A DNA stretch of 64,000 nt from Camelus ferus (GCF_009834535.1 NC_045722.1:13578001-13642000), one strand, 5' to 3'. Positions 38,358 to 50,954 are shown, counted from the stretch's first letter. The notes: a model not told the origin generated them from the sequence alone. Made by a program: numbers and translations.

Positions 38358-38509
38358 TGTCTTTTTTGTTTGTTTGTTTGTTTGGGGGCGGGTAGGTAAT
38401 TAGGTTTATTTATTTGTTTATTATTAATGAAAGGACTGGGGATTGAACCCAGGACCTTGTGCATGTTAAGCACACACTCTACCACCGAGCGATACCTTCT
38501 CCCTCTCCT
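38358..38509 (-). mobile_element. Vic-1-like SINE, long form
   Basis: ggtaggtaattaggtttatttattt...ggggattgaacccaggaccttgtgcatgttaagcacacactctaccaccgagc; TSD cattccatt at 38349-38357 and 38510-38518. Confidence 0.9.
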
Positions 38510-38819
38510 CATTCCATTCCAAGAAACCATTACTTTGTCCATCTTCTAAGTGCAAAGTAGGAGCATGGCACTCCTAAGTTTACACACAGCTGGTCTCCAT
38601 GAGATGTAGGGCTTGAATCTATTTTTCCTGAATTTAGTCCTGTGAGCTTTCTTCTCTACCACTCATTTTCTATCTCTGCAAAGCACCCAGAGTACTTTGA
38701 ATGATATATTTGATTGAGTCAAAGTATATAAAACTCATTGAAGAGGGCTCAATTAAAATAAATGCTGGAAAACTAGACTCTGTTCAACCTCCTCACATCT
38801 ACTCCTTCAGCAGGGCCTG

Positions 38820-39110
38820 AAGCAAGCAGGCAAACATAGCATTGGAAAATGAGTGCTGCAGAAAAAAATATTAAACAACAGAAAGGGCAGTCTGGAGTGC
38901 CAGAGGCCCAAGACCCAGGGGATAGGATAGGGACATGGCGAGAAAGTTGCGGTTTTAAATAGGGTGCTCAAGACAAACCTCACTGAGAAGGTGACAGCTG
39001 AGCAATGTTTGAAAGCAGGTGGGGAGCGGTCCATGTGGACATCCGGCAGAAGAACGTTCCTGGTAGAGGAAACAATCTCTGCAAACTCCCTAGCTTGTCC
39101 AAAGCGCGGT
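38820..39110 (-). mobile_element. L2 fragment
   Basis: acctcactgagaaggtgacagctgagcaatg...ccatgtggacatccggcagaagaacgttcctggtagagg. Confidence 0.7.
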
Positions 39111-39659
39111 GAGAAGGCACGTTTGGAAATATGAGAGAAGAAGGTTCAGTCTTCTAGCCATCCAGGTCAAATCGCAGAGTCCTGGTGCTACTGTAGCAAC
39201 AGATGTTGCAGCTACAAGACATTTCATATCATCTTCATTGATGATGAAGCACTCCCAGCCCTGTCATTGGAACAAGGCTTATCCAACCTTACTTTCTTTA
39301 AGTGCGTGTGTGTGTGTGTTTCTGTATAAATCTATTAACAGGGAGCTTGTTGATGGGTTTGTTCTAGATGATAGTACTTAACTGCTACTGTTTTTAGACA
39401 CCTCTTTATGTGCTTGGGCATCTATCAAATCAAAACATGGAGCAACCCAGCCAAAATTATTACACGCATTTGAGATGTGCCATAGTCACATCTAGGCATG
39501 TAGCCTCCAAAGATGCTGCTTCCACAGTGGGGTGAGTTGTTCTTTTTGAGTCCGAGAAGTTGTGACCAGATATTCAAGGAGGCCTTTCCCAAGCACTGAG
39601 TTTAATCAAAATATCTGGTATTCCCCAAAACACCGCATCCCACTCCAAACTCCCGGCGT

Positions 39660-40045
39660 TCCTTGGCCACCCTATTCCTTTTCCCATAGGGTGTGCCCTG
39701 CCCAGAATGCTTTTCCTCTGACCTTCCCTCCTTCATCACCCACTCGACCTGGGAAGTTCCCGGTCTTCCTCCGAGATCCAGTTCATTCATCACCTCTCTG
39801 TGGCCGGCAGAGTGAGTGGCTCTCTTCTCTGTGCTCTCTCAGCATTCTGCTCCTGCCTCCTTTACCGTGCAAGTTGCATTCTGTCATTGCTGTAGAAACG
39901 TGCATGTCTTTGTCTTGTATCAGATGGTGGGCTCCTTGAGGATGCATGCTGACAACTGATTCACTTCTGCATCCACAGGCTGAGCCCATCTGAGGCACAG
40001 TAGGCCCTTGAAAAATGTATAGCTAACAAATGTGTGAATGAGCCA
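39660..40045 (+). mobile_element. L2 3' fragment
   Basis: gccctgcccagaatgcttttcctc...gggctccttgagg...ggcacagtaggcccttgaaaaatg. Confidence 0.6.
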
Positions 40046-41959
40046 GGCTAGTTCAATCCTATTATGCAGGTACCTGCCGAGTAAACTAACAGTTTGTACA
40101 TCCGTGGAGAAAATTTCTCTGTTGAAAATCGAAAACTGGAATCTCCTGGTATCACGAGTCATTGGGTTTATATAAAAAAGCAGACCTCCTTGGGGCTCAC
40201 CCAATGTGAACTAGATTTGCATGGAACCATTTTTGATGATATAAGTTATAGGTCTTGGAACCCAGAATAGTCATACTCATTCAGGAAATGAGATTTATGT
40301 ATCAGAGGAATAAAATGCTTTACCAGAGATGCATTCATTTATTTCTTTATTCCATGCACACTCACTGAGCTACAGGCACCGTGCTAGACACCTGAGTACA
40401 ACAGTGGGAAAACAACAAAATAACACAACAACAACAACAACAAACAACAGACCAAGACCTCTGCTCTGATGGAACTTGCACTTCATCTGCAGTTAACAGA
40501 AATAATTCAATGATTTCTTTTTAAGTGGAGCAAAACAAGGGGGATCACTGAATGCAAGGGGTTAGGGAGCTGGTTTCAGTATTAATAAAGCAGTAGACCT
40601 AATTAAGAAAGGTGACCTCTGAACGGAGTTTTAAAGGAATAGAGGCTTATCCCATAAGAAATTTCAGCTCAGCAGGGTTTTCTATGGACTGGAATCTCCT
40701 GTAACAAGGAGCCCAGAGGAACAAGCCAAATAGCTGGGCAAACCCAGCAAACATTCCTGGCACCATTTGCTACGTTCTCCAAGTACCAGTAGCCTGCAGA
40801 AATGGCATCTATAAAATATTCTAATAGCACAGCCATCTCCAAGATGAATCCGGTCTATGCATTTTAAAGATAGAAAAATGTTTCCATCACTGCAGCGCTT
40901 TGCAAATATCTTTAAAGATCAAGGAAATTGGCCAATTTGGAGCTGTTTAAAATGGAACATTTTTACGTCACCTCATATATTACCCATCCCTTAACAACGA
41001 TACATTTTGTGAAGTCTGCATGAGGGGTACAGTTGTGCCCCGCCACCACTCCCACCTCGTGGGATGGATGTGCTGAATAAATAGTGTTGGTAAGAGGCCC
41101 CGTAATGACAGATTCGTGACAAGTTCCCTGGCAGTCGCTGTGCCTCTCGTAGGCTGATGTCCCTTCACTTTGTGAGCTCCCATCAGATTTTGCCACTTGG
41201 AGAAAACTGACTTGGGCAGAGCTCTCATTACTATTACTATTATTTTATTCTTGCCAGAAACTGCCATTTCAAAGTGTGTTCCTTCCTGGATTGAAAAACA
41301 AAATAATGAGCCCGTATTTTTGTTTCCTGGGAGGCCACGCTCATTTACATTCGCTTCGTGTTTGGACTCTGCAGGTCTGTAATTTGCACAATGCTTCTAG
41401 AGCCAGGATTACAAGCGCAGCGAGCAAGTTCCCAAAGCCTGGATACTGCAAGATGCTCACGCAGTGCTTACGTTAGCTCAGGGGTCCTAGTGCCGTCAGC
41501 GCCATTGCCATACGGAGGTGTGCTGAGGCCTCTGATGCAGAGCAGTTGGGGTCCTCGCGTGTTTCACCAAGTCTCTGATGGGTCCATGCCTGTCTGCTCA
41601 TAAGCCGGTCTTCCTGGGCCAGCCACTGCAGAGCTCTCTGCTGGATGAAATCTATCAGGGCCCTGACCTGTCAGGGTTCTGTTTTGTTTTGTTTTGTCAC
41701 AGGTTAATAACACTAACTTAGAATTCTAACACACTGTCCGATGAATAGTCTCTTTGTGCCAGACTAAACCAAATTGGCGATAAGAAGTGACAGCATAACA
41801 TATAATATTTCCAGCCTTTCTCTGACCCCTCGCCTACGCTGAGTATCCAGGCCTCCAGCCCGTCACCCTCCGGGATCTACAAGGGATCGCCTCAGGGCGA
41901 GTTTTTAGTACTGTTGCTGTTTTTGTTGTCTTTGTCTAGTTGAGTCAACAAGGCACCCA

Positions 41960-42420
41960 CAGATATTGATCGCTACATAACAAAGGACCCCCAAAACACA
42001 GTGGATTCCAACAACAGCGCTGTAGTTTCTCGTAATTCTGTGGGTTGATCGTTTGCACAGAGTTCAGTGTGGCAGTTCCGCTGCTCCGTATGGCTTTGGC
42101 TTGGGCCATTCACTTAGCCGCCTTCAGCCAATGGGTCGGCTGGCTTGCAGATACAAGAAGCCTCCACTCACAGGCTCAGCTCTCGTTCTCCTTCCTGTGG
42201 CCCCATTCTCTCTTCTTGTGGATAGATTCGGGCTTCCTTGCAGCATGGCGGTTAGTCATGCTTTTTGCATAATAGCTGTTTTCAAAGACAGAGCATTCGC
42301 GAAGGGAGAGTAAAAGCCACCTGGATTTTGAGTCTCCATCTGGGACTGACTTCTGTGGCATGTCATTAGTAAATTAGCACAGAAAGTCGTGGGTCCCGCC
42401 AGATTCAAAGGAGAGAGTAA
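41960..42420 (-). mobile_element. MaLR solo LTR, MLT1J-like
   Basis: tacataacaaaggacccccaaaacacagtgg...gggcttccttgcagcatggcgg...ccagattcaaaggagag. Confidence 0.7.
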
Positions 42421-42483
42421 CCCGAGAGGAAACAAGGTAATAGATTTCATCTGTATTATCACAGGTTCCCTCCAGATTCGGCC

Positions 42484-42654
42484 TTTTTCTCTGTAGTTGG
42501 AGAAGGTGGCTATTTTCTCTCTGATCAGTCTGCTGGGTCCGCTCCAACATTCAGCATGTTCCAATATGTTCCAGCTATCACCTTGATTAGAAGATAAATC
42601 ATCTTCCCTTGGGTATTCCTCTGTCACACGGGCTACAAAATCTCCTACAAACAA
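42484..42654 (-). other. ORF segment with SH3-like residue pattern (unverified exon or pseudogene fragment)
   Basis: LFVGDFVAR..EDDLS..QGD..NILEHAECW...TFSNY; lacks the ALYDY and GxxP hallmarks. Confidence 0.2.
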
Positions 42655-42842
42655 TTCGAAGGTCCTACAGAGGTGTTACCGCATCAGTTCTCTGATTTGT
42701 TTAATTGCAGCCCAGTTTTTGTTTGTTTTGATCTCCTGTCCCCACGTCTTATGAGTCCATGAGAGCCGGGTTTCGCTGATTTGAGCAAAAGAAAATTTGC
42801 TTTTTTTCAAACTTCCTACATGTCTAGTTTATCCTTATATCT

Positions 42843-44420
42843 TTTAATCAACTTCACTGAAGTGTGCTTTTCATACAGTGAAATTGTGTATGTATAGTTC
42901 GATGAGGTTTGACAAGTATATACATGGAATGAACCACCAACACAATTAAGATAAAGAATATTTCCGTCACTTCTTCATAAAACGTTCCCCTCTGCCCTCT
43001 CCCAGTCCTCCTCGTCCCCACAAGTCCGAGCTGCAAGTAACTACTGACTTTTATACCCTTTACAGATTAGTTTTGCCTGTAAGAGACTTTCTTATAATTT
43101 CATACAAATTGTATTTGTATGTTCCCTGCGGTGTCTGGATTCTCTGACAGCATAGTTGCTTGAGATTCATCCGTGTATCGACAGTCAATTTCTCTTTATT
43201 GTCAAGTAGCATTCCATTGTATGAATACACAAACATTTGTTTCTTTATACACTTGTTGATGTACACTTCAGTTGTTTCTCTTTTTTTTTTTTGGCCGTTG
43301 TGAATAAAGTTGCTATGAATATTCATGTGCAAGTCTTTTTAGGATCATGTTTTCTTTCTTTTGGGTAAATACAAAGAAGTTGAAGAACTGCTTAGTTGTA
43401 GGGTAACTGTTGCTTAAATATATACATATATGTTTAAAAAGAATCCTGCCAAACTGTTTTCCTAAGGGATTATAATATTTTCATTTCCACCAGCAGTGCT
43501 TGAGATTTACAGTTGCTCTATGTCCTTGCCAAAAATTCCTATGCTCCGTCTTTCAAATTTTAGCCATTCTAGTGGGTGTGAGTGGTAAACCATTATAGTT
43601 TTAATTTGCATGCTTATAATGATTAATCATGTACATATTAGCCATTTTTATCTCTTCTTTACTGAAGTATCTGTTCAAATTGCCCATTGATTATTTTTTG
43701 TCTTTTTATTAATGAGTTTTAGTTGAGTTTTAAGACTTATTTTGTGCATTTTGCATACAAGTCCTTTGTCAGACATAGATATTACAAATGTTTCTTTCCC
43801 ATTCTATGGCTTATTTTTTCCTAATTGGCATATTAAAAAAAAATTGGGGGGGTAATTAGGTTAATTTAATTTTTAGAGGAAGTACTGGGGACTGAGCCCA
43901 GGACCCCGTGCATGCTAAGCACCCACTCTGCCACTTGACCTATACCCTCCCCACTAACTGACATATTTTAAAGAAAAGGTTTTGTTCAGAGGAGATCCAA
44001 TTTATCAATGTTGGTTTTCTGGTTTTTTTTTTTTTTTTTTTAGTTTATCTTAATCGATTTCTAGCTAAGACGTTTCTGCCTGCCCCAAGTTTACAGTGGT
44101 TTTTCTTTTATGTTTCTTGTAAATTTTACAGTTTAGCCTTTGACTTTTGGGTCTATGATTCACTGTGTGTGCGTACTCACATGTGCATGTGTATGTGTAT
44201 GTAAGGTTTAAAGGATTTTTTTTTCTTATTTGGATAGCCAATTTTTCCAGAATCATTTTTTGAAAAGATTTCCTATCTCCATTAAATTGTTTTGGCACCT
44301 TGATCAAAAATCAACTGGCCATTTACATGTACATGGATCTGGACTTACCCTTCTGTCCTACTGCTCTTATTTTTTTTCCAATACATTGAAAGTTCCCTCT
44401 CATAAGCCAAATATCTGTGC
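42843..44420 (-). mobile_element. Old L1 (L1MB/MC) 3' UTR plus ORF2 end
   Basis: ttgagattcatccgtgt...gtgaataaagttgctatgaatattcatgtgcaagtc...ttttagccattctagtgggtgtg. Confidence 0.85.
43835..43952 (-). mobile_element. Vic-1-like SINE nested in old L1
   Basis: ggggggtaattagg...gtactggggactgagcccaggaccccgtgcatgctaagc...tataccctcccc; TSD ctaattggcatatt/ctaactgacatatt. Confidence 0.9.
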
Positions 44421-44439
44421 CTTCTAAGGGAGAGGCTTT

Positions 44440-45250
44440 TTTTTTTTTTTTTTGTAAATTTCTTCCATGAAGAGACACATTTTCTTGTGTCTTTGCATAT
44501 TTTATAATATTTTGCTAAAAACGGGACACTTTGAATAGTAGAACATGGTAACCCTAGAAGTCAGACTCTTCCCCCGCCTCTGATTTGTGCTGGTTGCTTC
44601 CTGTCGGCTGTGGCTGTTCGCTTCGTGACTCTGCTGAACTAATTTTGTAAAAGGTGCCTCCTTTTTCATGTGTGGTTTCTGAAATCTCCGTTCCTTTTGC
44701 TCGTGTTCAACTAGTATTTTGACAGAGATTTCCTAGAATGCCAAACTCTCGGTCCCCACACAAAAGAGAAAAGAATGTGAAAAGGAAGAAACATGATGGT
44801 GACGCCTCTGCTGATACTGAAAATAAAAACAACAAAAATGAGGCTCTCGGTCTTCACAGATTGGCAATGTGCTGGGCCACGTCTCCAACACTTAGGCCAT
44901 TCACAACTCTGCATTAGCCTTCACTTCCTGCTTGCTCTGAGCCTTAGGAGTAGCCAGAGATGACAGCTGAAGAAGTTCTCAGGTCTTGTCGACCATTCAT
45001 CCTGCCCTGGCCATTTCCATGGTCTCTGAATTTACCAGTATATACAGGTGCCCTTGAGTGAGCTAATTTCCCGAAGAATCTCTCTTCCAAGATTGTGTTC
45101 CCAGGCTTTGGGTTCTCTGTTGTATATGTGTCAACCATCATCTTTGCGACGGGTGACTTCTGTGTGTTTATTTGCTTTACAATGTTGCTGAGGAATTCCT
45201 GCTGCTTTTCCACCTTCCCTGACTTCTGGGTGAGATGAAACAAAGGCAAG
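44440..45250 (-). mobile_element. Old L1M4/L1MC-type 5' region remnant
   Basis: ttttcttgtgtctttgcatatt...ctgaactaattttgtaaa...tgacagagatttcctagaatgcc. Confidence 0.55.
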
Positions 45251-45789
45251 TGTCAGGGCTTCAGGCAGCGCCCAGGCAGATTAGAACAGACAAAAACAAT
45301 TGTTTGCAAATAAGGTCTATTCTGCTCCCTCCAGAATCAGTGACTAGGGTCCCACACTGAGAAAACAAACTACTGTCTTCAAGACTTCTGCCATGTTTGC
45401 TGACATCACCTCTATGATTATTTATTTGTTCATTTTTCTAAAATGTCACTAGTAGACATCAAGAAAGAAACAGAAATGTAACAGAGAGAGAAACCTCTGC
45501 TGCATGACTGTCTTACGGAATTCACTTTGAAATGGGAGTCAAGCCGGACTTTACAGACTCAGTGGGGAAAGGCAGGTAGAGGCGTCCTGAAGGGACGTGT
45601 GGCCAAGCTGTCACTCTCTCTGGGTCCTTTTTAGAGATCTTCATTATTGCATTCAACATTTTCACAATCAGTGTGTCGATCTTAGCAGCAGAAAGGATAC
45701 TAAAAAAATAACTTTTCCCCTGCAGTATTGCAGTGTTCTCATTTTTTTTTCTTGGTTTGGGGTCCTTAGATAGTTTTGGCAACATATAT

Positions 45790-46415
45790 TCATTGTTCAT
45801 TCAGCAAATATGGAAGAAGCCCCTAATACATGTCATACATGGTTTGAGTACACACCAATGTACATATCAGTGTTGTAGAGCAATACAAAATACCCCTGAC
45901 CTCATGGAATTTATATTTTTGTGGTGGAAGAATAGGGAAAAAAAGTAAACAAAATAAATGCACACCTTATATAATACATTAGTAGAAAATTACATTAAGG
46001 TACAGTAAAGGGATTTGGGTAGTGATTCCAGTGATAGAGGGTTATCATTTTAAGAGAATGGTCAGGGTAGATCTAATTGAGAAGGTGGCATTTGAGGAAT
46101 GTGTTAAAGATGGTGAGGGGAGAAGTAAGAGTGGTCCAGGAACAGGGTCCAGCTAGTGCCAAGACCCCAGGGTCGAAGCACACTTAACGCACATGAGCTT
46201 CAGCAAAGGGTCCAGTGTGGAATAAGCAATGGGAAGGGTAGCAGAAAATGAGGCCAGAGACGTAGTATGAGGCCAGAATCTGTAGGGCTTTGTGGACTGT
46301 TATAAAGACTGCTTTTTACACTGGGTGATGCTGGAAACCATCTGAATATTTTTAAGAGTGGAGTGACATGATCTAAATTAAATTTTAAAGACTCTTTCTG
46401 GCTTCTGTGTTGGGG
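45790..46415 (-). mobile_element. L2 3' region
   Basis: ttcattcagcaaata...cctgacctcatggaatttatatt...gagtgacatgatctaa...actctttctggcttctgtg. Confidence 0.75.
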
Positions 46416-47005
46416 GAAAAAATCTTTAGGGCAACAATGGTATTAAAGCAGATTTTCTTTATCTTCTTCCACCTAGATGAACCTGTTTCTTTGTCCTGCT
46501 GCACTTTTCTGGGGTCTCCAAGGAAATAGTATACACAGTGATATCACATCATTGCTTCTGGTACCCAGGACCCCTAAAGCCTGCCCGATCAGTGAGGTCT
46601 GTTGGTCTTAGTCTCCAGACCATGAACATCAACATCACTCCATGGTCTGTTGGTGTCCCAGTCCAGCATGGCCAAAATTCATGGCCCTGTCCCCTGACTC
46701 AGTTAAATTCACAATGTCTCTGCACTTAAGGTACCACTTCTCATTACCATCTGAGATTCCCCAGGTTGCCAGTAACTTGATAGAGAGAAAGGATTTCTTT
46801 AAGTTTACAGTCACATTTCAACCAACCCAAGGGCAAAAAGGAAGCCAATCTTGGGTGGTCCTGGAATCAGGATCCAGAAATCCATCGGATATGCAGGTAA
46901 TCCTCAAGAAAGTGAGTGGAATTGGGCCAGGTTGGGTCAAATAATCAGGATCTTAAAACAACTATGTCCAGTTGGATAGTTGAGCTGTATAAAGGTAGCT
47001 GTAGG

Positions 47006-47019
47006 GCGCCCCCTTGTGG
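47006..47019 (-). promoter_or_regulatory. CTCF core motif
   Basis: Reverse complement CCACAAGGGGGCGC; one tolerated deviation (position 5) from CCASYAGRKGGCRS. Confidence 0.5.
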
Positions 47020-47198
47020 AAGGAGGTAGGGTATTTTCAGAAAAGGGAAAATGATTCAAGAACTGTACCATTCTTCTTACAGTAGAGTATATTAAGGATA
47101 GTATATTATAGAAACAACTTATTTCAAGTTTGACATATTTTCTCTGACTGTACCACTCAGTAAGAGCCCAAAAGATCAGCTCAAGAAACCAGCTAGAT

Positions 47199-47502
47199 CT
47201 GTGTTATCCAAAACATTAGCCTTTAGCCACAAGTGGCTATTCAACACTTGAAACGAGATGAGTCCAAAATAAGATGTACAGTAAGTACAACATATACGTT
47301 GGGTTTTGAAGACCAAGTACAAAAATGGAACGTAAAATACCTCATGGATATTTTTATTAATTGCATGCCTGGAAATACTGCATAAAAAAATATGTTCTGT
47401 ATTGAAATTAATTTTATCTATTTTGTTTTACTTTCTTTAATGGGAATATTAGAAAATCATAAATTATATGTTTAGCTCACATATTTCTATTAGGCAACAC
47501 TG
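47199..47502 (-). mobile_element. MER33 (hAT-Charlie MITE)
   Basis: tagccacaagtggctattcaacacttgaaa...; TSD-like agctagat/gtctagat. Confidence 0.85.
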
Positions 47503-47599
47503 GTCTAGATTCATAATACATTTTGACACTGAATGAACAGCATTCAACACAGGTGCAAACCTTTCCAGGAGGACACATGGCTTAGCAAACACTGTCACT

Positions 47600-48031
47600 G
47601 CTCCTCCAAGGTCCCCTCAGATCTCTGAATTTGTCCCCACTTCCTGTGCACTTGGCTTCAAGTGGTCTGCACCTGAAATTTTCTTTACATAAATGTCTTC
47701 TGGCTATTCTAGTCACCTCCCCCTTCACCCCTGGGAGCTTACATCCCTCCAGGGCAGCGTGTAACCAATGGCTGACTCTTATAGGATTAAGAAAGCCCAG
47801 CTCTTGGGGTTTGAGTTTTGACAACTGTGAGCTGCAAACTGCACTCCAGAGCTCCCCCCAGGATCAAGCTGAGATTAACCTGCCTGAAATCACACCCCGG
47901 ACCTTCTTCCCCTCCCTTGTCCTGCTTCCCCCAATCTTTTCTCAGTTTATCTTGGGAGCAGTACCTTCATAAATCATTTGCAAGCGACACCCCAGCTCAG
48001 GCTCTGCAGCTGATGAGTTTAACCAGAGACA
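47600..48031 (+). mobile_element. LTR16-family ERVL solo LTR
   Basis: ctccagagctcccccc...cccttgtcctgcttcccc...tgggagcagtaccttcataaatcatttgca...agagaca. Confidence 0.75.
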
Positions 48032-49646
48032 CAGGGTGATTTTCTTTAAGCGGCAGTGGGCAGAATTTAGTAATAAGGGTGTGGTTCCTGATGAGCCACG
48101 TCATTTCCTATGCTGCGGAGAGTATTTTGCTTAGAGACATGAAGTCTACAGGCTTCTACACTGCAGGATCTTTGATATCTCTGTTCTCAAATGACAGACA
48201 AGCAGTGAGTGTGCATAACACTAAGGGTGATGTCTCTGTGAAACGCCTTTTCTTTGGCTACTGAGGAAAGCAACTTCATTCTAAAGAAGCCCAAATTGAT
48301 CTGAAAGACAATCTTTCTGTCTTAGAGAAAAGTGTATTTGGAAAAATTCCTCTTCAAATATCATGTGTAGACCTGGGCAGGGCACCCGTGGCAGGCGACG
48401 GGGCATCCTCGACTGATGAGATAAGCGACCCAGGACTTGCCAAGACTGTTTGTCAGATTAAACATGGATCAGTTCCCAAGTTCAACTCAGGCAAGAACAA
48501 AAGAAAGCAACAAAACAATCATAGCAGTAACACTAACACATAAAATCAAAACAGTGTAATAAACTATGCTAATGTAGGTACAGTAACATGGAAGGAATTG
48601 AAAAAGAGAAGCATTTTAGTAAATTTCCTGAGCGGCAAGAAACATAGCAAATAATAAAAATCCATTTATTTGCCCGCGTTAAAAAAAATTGTTGTGATTT
48701 GAAATAAAGGTCTAGTTTTTTTTATTTGCTTTTAAGGCTGTTCTGTTGCCTTAATATAAGAGGTGAGCAATGCATTCCTGTTCGGCGCAAATGTATGTTT
48801 TCTGTAAGAACTCTCTCTTTATCCCATGAATACATCTTCTTTCCTCCAATATTCTCACTGACTAAAATCCCTCACTTTGCAATTACAGTTATATCAGGGC
48901 ACCACAGATGTTGGTTAAAAAATACACTGAGAAGCAAATGAGGCAAACTATCAGCAATATCAGGAAATGTTTGGAAAAGTTGCTTCCCCTAATACACAAA
49001 GCTGACACATAGAAAGATAAGGAAAGGTTGAATTTGCTCTGGCTCACAGAAAACCCAAGGTGTTGTAGTGGGAGCCAAAGAAGTAGGCAAATATGTTTGC
49101 CTGAAAATGAAAAACCCTTTTTAAAATAACACCAAATATTTGCCTTCGGTTGAGAGCAGATCAGTGCCACTCTCCCGGGAAGCGCAGGCTGTATGGAAAA
49201 ATGGGACCCTATCATGCCCCCCTCTGCCCTTCCCCGTCTCTGCAGGAAATACACCATATGGGAGGGGTGCTTCTAACTGTGGGAGATGTTTGCATGGGGG
49301 TGAGAGGCTGTGACCGGGGGCAAGGACAATGAAAGAGGGCAAGGACACTGAGTATTGGAAATATGTATATAAATACCTGTGAAGGAATTGGGAGGTTTTC
49401 CCAGGGGGAAAAAAAGTAAATTTTATTCATGAGGAGATAGCAAATTGGTGAGTTAGCGATGCCCTTACACAGATACATTTATTTAGAATAAGTAGAAATT
49501 AAGATGCTCAAAGCAGCTTGGTTTATATCTGTCTGTAAACCACCAGGAAACAATTGTGCTGAGCTTACCTGTCACAGTATTGCTTTTTCTGCTCTTTCCT
49601 CGGGTGTTTGCCTTGACGGCAAAACTGGCTTTGATTATCCTTACAG

Positions 49647-49752
49647 GGCCAAGCATCGGTGATCTTGCTAGCGGTCTACTCTGTATCCACGCGCAGACTT
49701 TTAAATACGATGAAGAACAAGGAAGAACATCTCCCTGTTTTACTAATTCTCG
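49647..49752 (+). other. Candidate exon, 106 nt
   Basis: gattatccttacag|GGCC...CTCG|gtaaga; two open frames; 6 CpG. Confidence 0.25.
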
Positions 49753-50954
49753 GTAAGAAATACTTCTGTGCTCAAGATGTTTCAGTGAAAATAAAAATAA
49801 CATCCAGGCATTTGGTTCTTAAAACCAGTAAGTATTTGGACATTGATACTCATAGTTGAATTTGGTGCAGTCTTAATGATAGAATCAGCTATTTTTGAAA
49901 TTATTTCTATCTATTCAAATGGTTAACCGTGTAGTCATTTACCCAGCATAAGACTTCTGAATCCTGGTGAATTGTGCCAGAAGTGACATGGATATACAGT
50001 AGATGAGAAAGGCAATACTGGTAATATTAACGTCAGCTACAGCTACAAATCAGCTCTTCAATAAAAGCACATTTTTTCCAGAATCCTAGCGTTTAGTCCA
50101 TTTTAAGTACCCACACTTTTAAAATAATTTGTTTAGACATATCTTGAAAACGCAATATATCTTCCTTTTACCCTTAGGAAAAAGAACTCAATGGAATTTC
50201 ACTTCTACTACTTCATTTTTCAGAATTATCTCTGTATTTCTTGATTAATGCCCTATCCTAGGAGCCACGGAGGGTAGAGGGTTGTTTGTCACTAGACTAA
50301 AATGTCCAGATCTGCTGTGTGTTTGTGTTCTGAATTCCCTCTCCTTCTCTCTCCCTCTCTCTCTCCCTCTCCCTGTTTTATTTCTGCCTCTCTCCATTTA
50401 TTAGTTAATGTGGGTTAGGAAATCAGGTAATTAGGGGCAAAGATTATATTTTAGAGACAGATATACATATAAGGCATTAAAATTTTTGTTTAACTACTGA
50501 TTACCTTTTTGGCTTAAAAAAATTCATGACACTCTGTAAACCCAAGTTTCTTTATTATAAAGTGGCCATAATAATTATACGTACCTTGTAGTCTTCGTGG
50601 GAAGATGGCATAGGAGGATGTGATAATGGGCTCACGAAGGGGTGGCTGCCCTGCCTATTCTTGTTACCGTTGCGATAATGAGTGTTGTCTTTGCTGTTGT
50701 CACTGTTGCTATTGTACAGCTCCTTTGAAGGAAGATCTAAGAGCAATAAAAAGAGTAAAGTATTAGCACCTCAGAGCATGCACGGACTTGGCACTTCTCT
50801 TTTGGCTACTCAGGTTGACCTTCTTCTGGGTTCTTAATTTTGGTCTATGTTTCAGTTAGTGGACACTCTAAGAAAGTGATCTACAGTTATGTGAATTGTT
50901 TCTCTACTGTGTAAAGGACTATAGGTCTTGATGTTATGAAAACCACTCATATTC

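Noticed and set aside
49556-49756. ORF beginning LSLPVTVLLFLL, reminiscent of the CD8A signal peptide
   Set aside because: GTG start, similarity limited to a few hydrophobic residues, no Ig domain follows
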